From Anaerolineae bacterium (GTDB taxonomy: Bacteria > Chloroflexota > Anaerolineae > JAAYZQ01), in assembly GCA_034428935.1 (NCBI GenBank), contig DAOUHB010000003.1:974-64973 (forward strand): a stretch of 64,000 nucleotides of DNA. Reading direction: 5' to 3'. The notes below the pieces were generated by a model, which worked only from the letters and a program-made list of their open reading frames with translations, ran no database searches and was not told the origin of the DNA. How positions within the stretch are numbered: the first letter of the stretch is position 1; every line of letters starts with the position of its first letter. Below, piece after piece: positions 19,231-28,740 of the stretch. Both the position numbers and the translations under genes were made by a program.

Positions 19231-20184
19231 ATGCACCCGACACTGTTCACCATTGGCAACTGGAGCGTGCCCACCTACACCGTGCTCCTCGACCTGGGCC
19301 TCATCCTGGGGTTGGTGCTGGCCTACTTTGAGGGACGGCGGCTGCTACAAAGCGGCGAGACCGGCCTGGACCTGGGGTTGTGGGCCATCATCGGCGGGGT
19401 GATCGGCGGCCGGGCCGCGTACGTCATCGCCAACCTGAGCGCATTCCAGGAGGAGCCCATTCGGGCCATCCGCCTATGGGAGGGCGGGCTCTCCTTCCAC
19501 GGCGGCGTGTTGGGCGGCCTGCTGGTGTTGCTCCTCTTTGCCCTGTTTCGCGACCGGGGCTTGCCGTCGGGCAGGAACTCGTTCTGGCGCCTGGCCGACG
19601 TCCTGACCCCCGGCGTCGCCGTGGGCATTGCCTTTGGCTGGGCTGCCTGCCTCATGGGGGGCTGCGCCTACGGCGCCCTGGGAGAAGGCTTTGGCTACGC
19701 CGTGCTGCCTGACCTCTTTGGCGTGGCCGCGCCACGGTTCGCGACCCAGGCGGTGGCCCTGGGCTTTTCCCTGCTGCTGGCGGCCGGCATATGGCTGCTG
19801 CGCGGCCACTGGCCCTTCCCCGGGGCCTCGTTCCTGCTGTACGGCCTGCTCTATTTCGCCGGGCAGTTTTTCCTGGAGTTTACCCGCGGAGACGAGGCCA
19901 TTTACCTGGGCTCCTTGCGCCTGGCACAGATCATCGACCTGGCCCTGGTTCTGGCTGCTGCCCTCGGGCTCCTTCTCCTCTGGTGGCGGGGCGAAGAGGA
20001 ACCGGCCGGGGAGGAGGCGCGGCCGTCGGACGAGCAGGAGGCGCTGCCGGCCGACGTGGAGGAGGCTCCTCCGCCGGACGAGGAGGAGGCTCCTCCGCCG
20101 GACGAGGAAGAGGTGCTGCCGCCGGACGAGGAAGTGGCGCTGGCTGCTGGTGACGACGAACCGGAGGCCGGCGAGGAGGGTTGA
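19231..20184 (+). CDS. lgt: prolipoprotein diacylglyceryl transferase with an acidic Pro-rich C-terminal tail
   Basis: ATG 19231 follows GGAGGA. The sequence is MHPTLFTIGNWSVPTYTVLLDLGLILG...GGLSFHGGVLGG. The tail is EEAPPPDEEEAPPPDEEEVLPPDEE. Confidence 0.9.
   Translation: MHPTLFTIGNWSVPTYTVLLDLGLILGLVLAYFEGRRLLQSGETGLDLGLWAIIGGVIGGRAAYVIANLSAFQEEPIRAIRLWEGGLSFHGGVLGGLLVLLLFALFRDRGLPSGRNSFWRLADVLTPGVAVGIAFGWAACLMGGCAYGALGEGFGYAVLPDLFGVAAPRFATQAVALGFSLLLAAGIWLLRGHWPFPGASFLLYGLLYFAGQFFLEFTRGDEAIYLGSLRLAQIIDLALVLAAALGLLLLWWRGEEEPAGEEARPSDEQEALPADVEEAPPPDEEEAPPPDEEEVLPPDEEVALAAGDDEPEAGEEG
20056..20127. repeat. 3 x 24-bp tandem repeat in the lgt 3' end
   Basis: The units are gtggaggaggctcctccgccggac, gaggaggaggctcctccgccggac and gaggaagaggtgctgccgccggac. 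Confidence 0.85.
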
Positions 20185-20262
20185 ACCACTGAAGGAATGA
20201 GGGCCCTGAAGCCACTGAAGGCCGGTTTCAGTGTCCTCAGTCTTTCAGCGCCTCAGTGGTTC
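20183..20262. terminator. nested stem-loop between convergent lgt and GT39 genes (putative bidirectional terminator)
   Basis: The outer 12-bp stem pairs gaaccactga(a)gg (20183-20195) with cctcagtggttc (20251-20262). The inner 7-bp hairpin pairs cactgaa (20213-20219) with ttcagtg (20227-20233). There is no clear U-tract. Confidence 0.45.
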
Positions 20263-22302
20263 GACCGGCACTTTACCCCCTGGCTCGTAGACGATGAACC
20301 GCAACTGCCCGGCCGGGTTGTGGAGTTCCAGGACGCGGCCGCCGGGCAGGGCTTGCTGCACGAACGCCAGCTCGGCGGATCGCTCGGGCAGGAAGAGGTA
20401 CACCGACGGGCGACCGGCGTCAAGGGCAGGCGGGGCCGTCAGCGGCTCGACGACGTCCTGCCCGAGGATGGCAGGCGCCAGGAAGGGAATGGTGCCAAAG
20501 CTCCAATAGAGGCGCGGCGCCCCGAACAGGTAGGCTGTCGTGCCGGGCTCCGCGTCGTGCAGGTAGGTGCCCATCATCGTCGCCGTTTGCCCGTTGTCGC
20601 CGCCATAGTGCCGCAGGGGGCTGAGGTCGTAAAAGTAATAGCGCAGGTTGGCCGCGCCCAGGGCCACGATGAGGAGCACCAGGGCAAGCCTTTCCCAGGC
20701 CCGCGGCAGGACCAGGAGGCGCCAGCCCAGGTGCACGGCTCGATCCATGCCCAATGCCACCAGGATGGCCACGGCGGGACTGGCGATTACCAGGCGCTGG
20801 CTGGAGGGAGGGCTCTCGGTCAGCATGCCGCCCGTGACAATGACGGCCCAGAACCAGAGCAGCAACAAGAAGTCTCCCCGCCGGCGCCAGTGAGCCACGG
20901 CCCAGGCCATGCCCAGGACGGCGAGGATTCCGGCCCCAAAGGACAGGAGGGACCTATCGGCTCCGTACCAGACGGTGCGATCGGGAAAGACGTGAAAGGC
21001 GCCGGCTGCGCGCAGGAACTGCTCGGCCAGGAGTTGGGGCGCGCCCTTGCCCGTCAGCTCCACCTCTCGCTCCAGCCAGCCCGACTGAATGATGCCCACC
21101 TGGTTGACCCGGGCGTTCCATTCGTTGGGGTGGACGCGGGCATAGGCGAGCATGGGCGCCGCGGCGATGAGCAGGGCCAGCGCCAGCAGTCCCAGGTGGA
21201 GGCCCAGGCGCCCCGCCTGCCCCCGCTGCCGGATCCAGACATAGCCGGCGTAGACCAGGGTGAGGATCGGGAGCAGCCGAGCGCCGGTGTAGAAATAGAC
21301 GCCGAGCCCCATGATGAGGCCTGCCGCCACAAAGCTGCGCCACGCTGCCCCCTCGCTTGTCTGTGGCTCCTCCGTGCTCCGGGCCAGCCCTCGGTCCAGC
21401 GCCCACAGCGCCAGCAGGACAAAGAGGGCATCCCAGATGTTGTTCGCTCCCAGCCGGCTGTAATGCAGGTGGTAGTCGTAGGTCGCCAGGAAGGCGGCAG
21501 CCAGCAGGGCCACCCGCCGTCCCCGCAGGCCGCGGGCAAAGAGGTAGAGGATGGGCACCGTGGCCGCGCCGGCCAGGGCGGCCGGCAGCCGCAGGGCTGC
21601 CACGTCGTTCCCGGCCAACCACAGCGACCAGGAAAGCGGCCAGTAAAAGAGGGTGGGCATGGACATGTAGCCCATTGAAAAGGGGTTGCGCAATTGTCCG
21701 TTGAGCACCTGCCGGGCGAGCAGGCCGTGCCATGCCTCGTCGCCGCCCAGGGTAAAGGGCACCTGCCCCAGGGCCACGCCGCGCACCAGGAACGCCACCA
21801 GCGTCAGGCCCGCTACGACCGCGACTTCCAGCCGGGCCGCCCGGTCCAGCCGCGCAAAGCGTGCCGGCCACTCCCGCACCCGCCGACACTCGGCGGGCCA
21901 GCCCAGGCCCGGGTGTTTCACGAGGGCAGCCAGTGCGGCGGCGGCTGTGCCCAGGGCCCACAGCAGGGCCACGTCGCCGCTTGCCTGGTCGGGAGCCCGG
22001 TCGCGGGCCAGCAGGCCGGCAGCCAGGGCCAACAAGGCACCCAAGGCCAACAGGCCGGTGGGGATGGGCCACTGCGCCAGCCAGCCAGGAAGGGCCGGCT
22101 GCCAGCGCCGCCCGCTCGGCCGCGCCTGTGCCGGCCTGCCCAGGCGCCAGGCGAGCAGGAAGCACGCCGCCCCCAGGATGTGCAGCACCAGGCCGTCCCA
22201 GGCAAAGTCTGGCCTGTAAAAGAAATAGCGCTGCCCCTGGATGGTGAGCACCAGGGCTGCGACGAGCAGCAGCCAGGCCCCCACACGCCGGCCACGCGTC
22301 AC
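20245..22302 (-). CDS. GT39/ArnT/PMT-like membrane glycosyltransferase
   Basis: It is multi-TM, with the loop-1 acidic motif TLGGDEAWHG. The start is at GTG 22300-22302, after GGAAGGAG. Confidence 0.8.
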   Translation of the reverse strand: MTRGRRVGAWLLLVAALVLTIQGQRYFFYRPDFAWDGLVLHILGAACFLLAWRLGRPAQARPSGRRWQPALPGWLAQWPIPTGLLALGALLALAAGLLARDRAPDQASGDVALLWALGTAAAALAALVKHPGLGWPAECRRVREWPARFARLDRAARLEVAVVAGLTLVAFLVRGVALGQVPFTLGGDEAWHGLLARQVLNGQLRNPFSMGYMSMPTLFYWPLSWSLWLAGNDVAALRLPAALAGAATVPILYLFARGLRGRRVALLAAAFLATYDYHLHYSRLGANNIWDALFVLLALWALDRGLARSTEEPQTSEGAAWRSFVAAGLIMGLGVYFYTGARLLPILTLVYAGYVWIRQRGQAGRLGLHLGLLALALLIAAAPMLAYARVHPNEWNARVNQVGIIQSGWLEREVELTGKGAPQLLAEQFLRAAGAFHVFPDRTVWYGADRSLLSFGAGILAVLGMAWAVAHWRRRGDFLLLLWFWAVIVTGGMLTESPPSSQRLVIASPAVAILVALGMDRAVHLGWRLLVLPRAWERLALVLLIVALGAANLRYYFYDLSPLRHYGGDNGQTATMMGTYLHDAEPGTTAYLFGAPRLYWSFGTIPFLAPAILGQDVVEPLTAPPALDAGRPSVYLFLPERSAELAFVQQALPGGRVLELHNPAGQLRFIVYEPGGKVPVEPLRR

Positions 22303-22333
22303 TGCGTTTCTCCTTCCACGGTCCGGTCCCGGA

Positions 22334-23125
22334 TCAGGCCTTCCTGGCGACGAAAAAGAGATAGGCTCCCACGGCCGGCCGCGGCTCCTCGTAGAAGGGC
22401 CGCAGGGTTCGTTCGGTGAGGGCCAGGTTCCAGCGCGTCGGCACCAGGATCCAACGTCCAAGCAGCTTCCTGGTCACCAGGCTCGGTAGCCCCAGGTAAT
22501 GGCCCAGGTCGAGGGCGTGGTGCGCCCGCCTGGAAAAATAGGGGAACCAGTCCAAAAGCGCCAGGCCGGCCCGGTCCAGACGGCGCTGCCAGGTCTCGGG
22601 CCCGTCGCAATGGTGATGCCGCGAGATGCGGTTGAAATATCGTTCGTAGGCGCGGGCCGCTCCCTCGGCGCCCAGCCGGCGCAACAGCGTGGGGAAGAAG
22701 AGCAGTTCGGTGAAATGATCGCCGGGCACGCAAAAGATAAACCTGCCGCCGGGCCGCAGTACCCGCGCAATCTCGGCCACCACCGGCTCGACGGCCGGGA
22801 TGTGCTCCAGGACCGAGTTGCTGACCACCGTGGCAAACCGTTCGCAGGCAAAGGGCAGGGCATCGCCGCAGGAGCGGGCCAACACCCGGTAGGCGCAGCG
22901 CGAGCGGGCCTCGGACAGCACGTCGCCGGCGGGATCGATGCCGGCTGCCAGGGGCGTGGGCAGCGCCAGGGAGGCAAAGTGGCCGTCGCCACAGCCCACG
23001 TCCAGGACGGGCTCCTCCAATGGCAGCAGATCCTGGCAGAACCGCGCTTCGACGGCGCGCAGCAGCCCCCGAAAAGCGGGCAGGTCCTTGAGATGTTGCC
23101 AGAGAAGGTCGTCGTCCTTGGCCAT
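22334..23125 (-). CDS. class I SAM-dependent methyltransferase
   Basis: It has the VLDVGCGDGHF motif I. The start is at ATG 23123-23125 (MAKDDDLLWQ). Confidence 0.85.
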   Translation of the reverse strand: MAKDDDLLWQHLKDLPAFRGLLRAVEARFCQDLLPLEEPVLDVGCGDGHFASLALPTPLAAGIDPAGDVLSEARSRCAYRVLARSCGDALPFACERFATVVSNSVLEHIPAVEPVVAEIARVLRPGGRFIFCVPGDHFTELLFFPTLLRRLGAEGAARAYERYFNRISRHHHCDGPETWQRRLDRAGLALLDWFPYFSRRAHHALDLGHYLGLPSLVTRKLLGRWILVPTRWNLALTERTLRPFYEEPRPAVGAYLFFVARKA

Positions 23126-23129
23126 CTCG

Positions 23130-24281
23130 CTACCGGTCGATGAGCGACCGAAACAATGCCTCGTAGCCTGCCACGGTCTGCTCCAGGCTAAAGGCTTCCT
23201 CGATCTCGTGGCGCGGCCGGATATACACGCCCGGCTCCTCGACGATGCGGGCGATGGCATCGGCCAGGGCGGTCGAGTCGCCGATGGGCGTCACCTCGCC
23301 CATGCCCGTCATGCGGGGCGGCTGGCGGACGCCGGGCAGGTTGCTGGCGATGGAAGGCGTGCCGCACAGCATGGCCTCCACCTGCACCAGCCCAAAGGAT
23401 TCGGTGGAATTGAGGCTGGGCACCACGAGCACGTCGCAGGCGGCGAAAAAGGCCGGCATCTGCGTTTGGTTGAGCACCCCCAGGAACTCCCAATGCTCCG
23501 GCCCCAGATCCTCGATGAGGGGCATCAGCCGCCGGTAGTAGGCCTCCTCGCCCATGACGTCCCGGTACTGGCCGGCAAAGAGCACCTTGAGCCGCGGAAA
23601 GTGCTCCAAAAGGCGGGGCATGGCGCCGATGAGCACCTCGACGCCCTTTTCCGTGGCCAAGCGGGCGGCCATGCCTACCACCGGCCTGCCCTCCAGGTCG
23701 TGCCTGGTGCGAAAGGCCTCCACCTCCGCCCGCTCGGGAGCGGGCATGATCACGGGCGGGGGAATGACCTGCACCTTGTGCAGAAAGCGCGACAGGAAGT
23801 TGGAATGCTCGGCGAAATCCCGGGTGTAAGCCACCACGGCTTCGGCCATACGCCCCGCAGCGTAATTGCTGGCAAAGACCACCCGGTCCACGATCCGGTT
23901 GAACCAGCCCTGGGGCAGTTGCAGGTCACAGTGGTAGGTGAGGACCACCGGCCGGCCGGCCAGGCGCCCAAGCCCGGCCAACAAACTGGCCTCGAATTGG
24001 GGCAGGTGCGCGCTGACTATGTCGTGGCGGCGAATGAGGTTCCAGGCCCGGAAGGGAAAGCTGGGCATGATCACGCCCTTGCTCACCCGAAAGAGCACGG
24101 GCACGCGGATGACGCGCACGCCGTCCAGTTGCTCGACGAGGGGCAGGGCCCGGTCGTAGCGAGAGGTGAGGACGGTCACTTGATGGCCTCGCCGGGCCAA
24201 AGTGGTCGCCAGTCTCTTAACATAAATTGTCAGGCCGCTGACGTGGGGATGGTAGTAGGTCAGGACGAGAAGGACTTTCAC
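23130..24281 (-). CDS. GT4 (GT-B fold) glycosyltransferase
   Basis: The N-terminus is MKVLLVLTYYHPHVSGLTIY, and the EX7E region is STESFGLVQVEAMLCGTP. The GTG start overlaps the upstream stop (GTGA). Confidence 0.9.
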   Translation of the reverse strand: MKVLLVLTYYHPHVSGLTIYVKRLATTLARRGHQVTVLTSRYDRALPLVEQLDGVRVIRVPVLFRVSKGVIMPSFPFRAWNLIRRHDIVSAHLPQFEASLLAGLGRLAGRPVVLTYHCDLQLPQGWFNRIVDRVVFASNYAAGRMAEAVVAYTRDFAEHSNFLSRFLHKVQVIPPPVIMPAPERAEVEAFRTRHDLEGRPVVGMAARLATEKGVEVLIGAMPRLLEHFPRLKVLFAGQYRDVMGEEAYYRRLMPLIEDLGPEHWEFLGVLNQTQMPAFFAACDVLVVPSLNSTESFGLVQVEAMLCGTPSIASNLPGVRQPPRMTGMGEVTPIGDSTALADAIARIVEEPGVYIRPRHEIEEAFSLEQTVAGYEALFRSLIDR

Positions 24282-25378
24282 GGTAGCTCTTGAGCCTCCG
24301 TTGCGATCCGCTTCTGAATTTGCGCGTAGGTCAGGTTTTGCTGGGCCATGCCCAGGAGCCCCAGCAAGCTGTAGACGATATAGACCACGGCGTGGGCTAC
24401 CAGGGCATAGCTCAACGCCCGCTCGGGCGCCATGCCAAAGAGCACCATGGTCTCCCGGCCCAGCAACTCAAAGACCCCGATAAAGCCGGGTGACGAGGGG
24501 ACCGTCATACCCAGGGCCGTGACGGAGCACATTGCCAGGCCGGCGACAAAGGGCTGGCTGGGCTCAAAGGCCAGCAGCACCACCCAGTAAAAGCTGCTGA
24601 TGGTCGCCCAGATGAGCGCCGACCACAGGACCAGGGGCGGCCCCATGCGCAGGGTGGTGATGCCCGCCAGACCGTCGATGAGTGAATTGGCCACCCCTAC
24701 CAGCTTGTCTCGCCCCGGCCAGGGCGGGTTTGCCAGGAACTGCAGGCGCGTCCTGGCAGCCAGGCGCTCGCCCAGGCGCTGGACGGCGTCCGGTTCCGGC
24801 CAATGGACGGCCAGCAGGATGCGATCCAACAGGGCCAGCGTCCAGGCCCGGCGCCGCACCAGTGCCACAAAGATGACCACGGCGACGAGGGCTGCCGCGC
24901 CAATCACCAGGCCGGAGCGTACCATCCAGTCGGGCAGGGGGGCCGACGAAGACTTGCCGGTGCTCACCAGGAGCATGACCAGGAAAAAGCCGCCTACTGC
25001 CGACAGGGCGTCCAGCACCCGCTCGGCAACGATGGTCGAGAACGCCGTCGTGCGGCTCACCTCCTCCGTGTCGCCGATGAGGTAGGCACGGGCCACGTCG
25101 CCCAGTCGGGCCGGGAACACGTTGCTGAGCAGGTAGCCGATGTTGATCACGGCAAACAGGTTGCCCACCCGCAGCCCGGAGAGAGGGTAGAACAGCAGGC
25201 GCCAGCGCACGGCCCGCAGGAAGAGAAACAGCACCAGGGGCACGAGCGAGGCGGCCAGGAGCCAGACGTTCACCTCGCCCAGGGCGTCCCATACGCTACC
25301 CAGGTCGACGCGCCGAAAAGCGAGGACCATGGCAACCAGGCTGATGACAATGCCGATCCAAAAACGCGCTTTTTTCAA
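24278..25378 (-). CDS. flippase-like membrane protein (LPG-synthase TM / UPF0104 family)
   Basis: The start is TTG 25376-25378, after GAGGGAG. The sequence is KKARFWIGIVISLVAMVLAFRRVDL...FLRAVRWRLLF, with about 8 TM segments. Confidence 0.78.
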   Translation of the reverse strand: MKKARFWIGIVISLVAMVLAFRRVDLGSVWDALGEVNVWLLAASLVPLVLFLFLRAVRWRLLFYPLSGLRVGNLFAVINIGYLLSNVFPARLGDVARAYLIGDTEEVSRTTAFSTIVAERVLDALSAVGGFFLVMLLVSTGKSSSAPLPDWMVRSGLVIGAAALVAVVIFVALVRRRAWTLALLDRILLAVHWPEPDAVQRLGERLAARTRLQFLANPPWPGRDKLVGVANSLIDGLAGITTLRMGPPLVLWSALIWATISSFYWVVLLAFEPSQPFVAGLAMCSVTALGMTVPSSPGFIGVFELLGRETMVLFGMAPERALSYALVAHAVVYIVYSLLGLLGMAQQNLTYAQIQKRIATEAQELP

Positions 25379-25489
25379 GATCCGCTCCCTCAAGCGGCCA
25401 ATTATAGCATCCTTCGCCCCGGATGGCGAATCGCCAACCCCCTTTGTCCTTGCCGGTCTCTGCGCTCCCACCCACAGCCATCCCCCATT

Positions 25490-25518
25490 TTGACACCCCA
25501 CCCCAAACCCGGTATAAT
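25490..25518 (+). promoter_or_regulatory. consensus sigma-70 promoter for tRNA-Lys (TTGACA-17-TATAAT)
   Basis: Both hexamers are perfect and the spacer is 17 nt. The -10 ends 12 nt before the tRNA 5' end. Confidence 0.7.
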
Positions 25519-25530
25519 AACCGGCGGTAT

Positions 25531-25607
<77 letters not shown>

Positions 25608-25610
25608 CTG

Positions 25611-25642
25611 GCCGCCAGTCTCCGGGACTGGCGGCTGTTTCG
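25611..25642 (+). terminator. hairpin terminator after tRNA-Lys
   Basis: The stem gccgccagtc/gactggcggc (10 bp) has the loop tccgg and is followed by tgtttcg. Confidence 0.6.
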
Positions 25643-25684
25643 TAAGCCGCCAACAACCGATAAGGGCCGGAAAGGAAGATCGCC

Positions 25685-26476
25685 ATGCACGACCACCTTC
25701 AGAGCTACCTGGACTTTGCCGTGGAGACGGCCTACCTGGCGGGCCGGCTGACGCTGGGTTATTTTCAGGGGGACCTCCAGCCGGAGCTCAAGGCCGACAA
25801 CTCGCCCGTCACCGTTGCCGACCGCAAGGCGGAAGAGCTGATCCGGGACCGCATCGCGGCGCACTATCCCGGCCACGCCATCGTGGGCGAGGAGTTTGGC
25901 ACGACGGGCAGCGAGGGCGCCAGCCATCGCTGGTTCATTGACCCCATCGACGGCACCAAGGCCTTTGCCCGGGGCGTGCCCCTCTATGCGGTCCTCCTCG
26001 GGCTCGAGATCGACGGCCAGGTTCGCGCCGGTGCCGCCTACTATCCCGCCCTGGACGAGATGCTGGCCGGCGCCACCGGCCTGGGTGCCTGGTGGAACGG
26101 CCGTCGCGCGCGGGTTTCAAATGTGCAGCGCCTGGACAAGGCCTACGTCTCCTGTTCCGACGTGGGCGGCTTTGCGGCCCACGGCCGGGGCCGGGCGTGG
26201 GAACGGCTTCAGGCCGCCGTATACCATCGCGTCGGCTGGAGCGATGCCTACGGCTACCTCCTCGTCGCCACCGGCCGCATCGAGATCATGCTCGATCCGT
26301 CGATGAATGCCTACGATTGCGGTCCCTTCCCGCCGATCTTTCAGGAGGCCGGGGGTTACTTTGGCGACTGGCAGGGCAACCCGAGCATCTATGCCGGCGA
26401 GGCCCTGGCCACGACCCAGGCGTTGTTGCCCCAGGTGCTGGCGCTGATCCGCGAGGCCGAAGCGGACTCAGCCTAG
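25685..26476 (+). CDS. inositol monophosphatase family protein (HisN-type histidinol-phosphatase-like)
   Basis: It has the motifs WFIDPIDGTKAF and GWSDAYGY. Confidence 0.85.
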   Translation: MHDHLQSYLDFAVETAYLAGRLTLGYFQGDLQPELKADNSPVTVADRKAEELIRDRIAAHYPGHAIVGEEFGTTGSEGASHRWFIDPIDGTKAFARGVPLYAVLLGLEIDGQVRAGAAYYPALDEMLAGATGLGAWWNGRRARVSNVQRLDKAYVSCSDVGGFAAHGRGRAWERLQAAVYHRVGWSDAYGYLLVATGRIEIMLDPSMNAYDCGPFPPIFQEAGGYFGDWQGNPSIYAGEALATTQALLPQVLALIREAEADSA

Positions 26477-26667
26477 CTTTTTTGGCACGACGAACCAGTT
26501 GTGGGGAATGCCGGGCATCCCGACTGGAATAACCGGAAAGGGCCAGCGCCCGTGCGCTGCGCGATCCAGGCCGCGCCCTCCTCGCCCGCCAGGAGGAGTG
26601 CCCGGGGATCCTCGAAGAGGCGGTCCTCCCGCGCGTGCTCCATGGCGCGCACGCTGGGAGCGGTCAG

Positions 26668-27126
26668 TTAGTCGGGTTCAATACGGCGTTCCTGTTGATA
26701 CCGGGAAATTGCCTGGCGCAGTGTGTTCACGGCCAGTGCCGCGCAATGGGCATTCTCTTCTGGCAAGCCGTCCAGTGCCCGGACAAGATCCTCTGGATCT
26801 ATTTCGCTTGCCTCCTCCAGGGACATCCCCTTTACCATATTCGTCAGCATGTTGCCGCAGGCCAAGGATGAGCAACAGCCATCGGTCATAAAAGTGGCTT
26901 CCTGGATGGCGCTGCCACGCAGCCGAAGATAAATGGCCATCGTGTCGCCACACGATCCGGTTACGACAGCGTGCGCATCTGGAGCATCCATACAGCCCAG
27001 GTTTGTCGGATTGCGCGCCTGCTGGAGCACTGTGGCCGAGTAGAGCGCCTCTTCCTCCTGGTCTATCTCTCGTTGCAGGTCCGCAACCAATCGGTCCAAC
27101 TTGTCAGTTTCTTCTTGTTCAGTCAC
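26668..27126 (-). CDS. NifU/IscU-like Fe-S cluster scaffold protein
   Basis: The conserved Cys contexts GSCGDTM, DGCCSSLACG and AHCAALA are present. Confidence 0.85.
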   Translation of the reverse strand: MTEQEETDKLDRLVADLQREIDQEEEALYSATVLQQARNPTNLGCMDAPDAHAVVTGSCGDTMAIYLRLRGSAIQEATFMTDGCCSSLACGNMLTNMVKGMSLEEASEIDPEDLVRALDGLPEENAHCAALAVNTLRQAISRYQQERRIEPD

Positions 27127-27271
27127 ACTTGTCCCTCGTCACGTCTGTTCAACGGCGCGAGCATTCGTGCCAATGCCATCCGCCCGGTCATGGCCGGGTA
27201 GCGTGCGCCCCAAAGCTACAGTTGTGCCATCGACAACGATACCGTTCGTCCCAGGGTCCTCTCTTGCTCTC

Positions 27272-28408
27272 TCATCGACGAGCGTGCATTTGCTTCTGAG
27301 CAAAGGCCGACGGCTGCGCCTGCGGCGTTCGTCTGATCAGTTCTTGAGCGATGGGCGCAAAAATCTCGCCCGTGTACTCTTCGATCCGCCCTGCGTCGCA
27401 CAATCGTGCGATCTCGGGGTCGATGGGCAGCCGGCCCAGGAAGGGCACGCCGATCCGTCGCGCCGTCTCTTCAGCGTGGCTTGGGCCAAAGAGCTCGTGG
27501 CGTTTGCCCGTGTCGGGACACTCGAAGTAGCTCATGTTCTCGATGAGCCCCAGAATGGGCGTTTCCATCTGCTGGGCCATGTTGGCCGCTTTGCGGACGA
27601 CCATTCCCGCCAGGCCCTGGGGCGAGCTGACCAGAACGATGCCCGACATGGGCAGCGACTGCATGACCGTCAGCGACGCATCCGACGTCCCGGGCGGTAG
27701 GTCCACGACGAGATAGTCCAGCGTCCCCCAGAAGATGTCGCCCCAGAACTGCTTGATGGCGTTGCTGACCAGCGGTCCGCGCCAGATGACGGCCATGTCC
27801 TCCTGCTCCAGCAGCAGGTTGATGGACATCACCCGGATGCCGGTCTTGCTCTGGGGCGGCATGGGGCCCAGGGGGCTCACGCCCAGCCGGGCCTCGCCGG
27901 GAAAGAACATCTTGGGGATGCTTGGGCCGGTGATATCGGCGTCCAGAATACCCACCCGGTGCCCTTCCCGGCGCAAGGCCATGGCCAACAGGCCGCTGAC
28001 CAGCGACTTGCCCACGCCACCCTTGCCACTCATGACGGCGATGACGTGCTTGATCTCGTTCAGGTGTTCGGCTGAACCTTTCTCGGGCTCGCCGATGCCC
28101 ATGCGACGTTTTTCCTCGTCCGTCATTTCGGTCAGCTCGACCGTTACCTCTTCGGCTCCCAGAGCGCCGACCGCTGCTTTCACATCGCCTACGATTTGGT
28201 CCTCGGAGGGACGGCCCCGTGCGGTCAGAGCCAGGGTGATGCCAACCTGGCCATTCCGTGTCTTTACCTCGCGGACCATGCCCAAGTCTATCAGGCTCCT
28301 ATGTAGCTCGGGGTCCATGACCCCTTCCAACGCCTTGCGAACCTCTTTTTCTGTAACCAACGCTTGTGCCTCCTCTGGCAAGATTTTAAGGCCTTTCTCC
28401 CTCGACAC
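27272..28408 (-). CDS. Mrp/NBP35/ApbC Fe-S carrier ATPase with an N-terminal DUF59 domain
   Basis: It has the deviant Walker A VMSGKGGVGKS and the DUF59 sequence VMDPELHRSLIDLGMV. An alternative start at TTG 28358-28360 has a better RBS (GAGGAGG, 8 nt spacing). Confidence 0.9.
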   Translation of the reverse strand: MSREKGLKILPEEAQALVTEKEVRKALEGVMDPELHRSLIDLGMVREVKTRNGQVGITLALTARGRPSEDQIVGDVKAAVGALGAEEVTVELTEMTDEEKRRMGIGEPEKGSAEHLNEIKHVIAVMSGKGGVGKSLVSGLLAMALRREGHRVGILDADITGPSIPKMFFPGEARLGVSPLGPMPPQSKTGIRVMSINLLLEQEDMAVIWRGPLVSNAIKQFWGDIFWGTLDYLVVDLPPGTSDASLTVMQSLPMSGIVLVSSPQGLAGMVVRKAANMAQQMETPILGLIENMSYFECPDTGKRHELFGPSHAEETARRIGVPFLGRLPIDPEIARLCDAGRIEEYTGEIFAPIAQELIRRTPQAQPSAFAQKQMHARR

Positions 28409-28740
28409 TCGCCGGGCTCACTGCTGTCCACTTTCGCATGGACCGCGTGCAGCACGTCACCTGACCTTGGTCTGGTCTGCTCCCATGCGCGAGTCGTGGG
28501 TGTCCAGAAAAGTGTACGGTGTCCGGCCAGGCAGGGAGACTGCTGTCCTCCGTTTGGCGCTACGAGCCGCGTGCCAGACCGGGAATTGTTCGGTCTCATC
28601 TAGAGACAGCCAGACTCTTATCTTCCTGGAAACGACAGGCTCACGCGGGCAGGCTTCCTGTTTCTGCCTCCCCTGCCGGCGATGGCGTCCATCAAGACTC
28701 GCTCTTCTGTTCTGCCTTCATCTATATGCGATGTGCACAT

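Noticed and set aside
10390-20127. Whether any tandem or direct repeats form a CRISPR array.
   Set aside because: The only tandem repeats (18 bp x2 at 10390, 24 bp x3 at 20056) are in-frame coding repeats without spacers. I saw no repeat-spacer periodicity and no cas genes anywhere.
28361-28740. Assigning the long mrp leader, or the plus-strand 28827-28873 leader, to a known riboswitch class (cobalamin, TPP, SAM, Mn, ZTP, NiCo).
   Set aside because: I could not find the diagnostic conserved cores (for example the B12 box, the TPP CUGAGA...ACCUGA core or the SAM kink-turn core) by eye. I left it as an unclassified candidate rather than naming a class.
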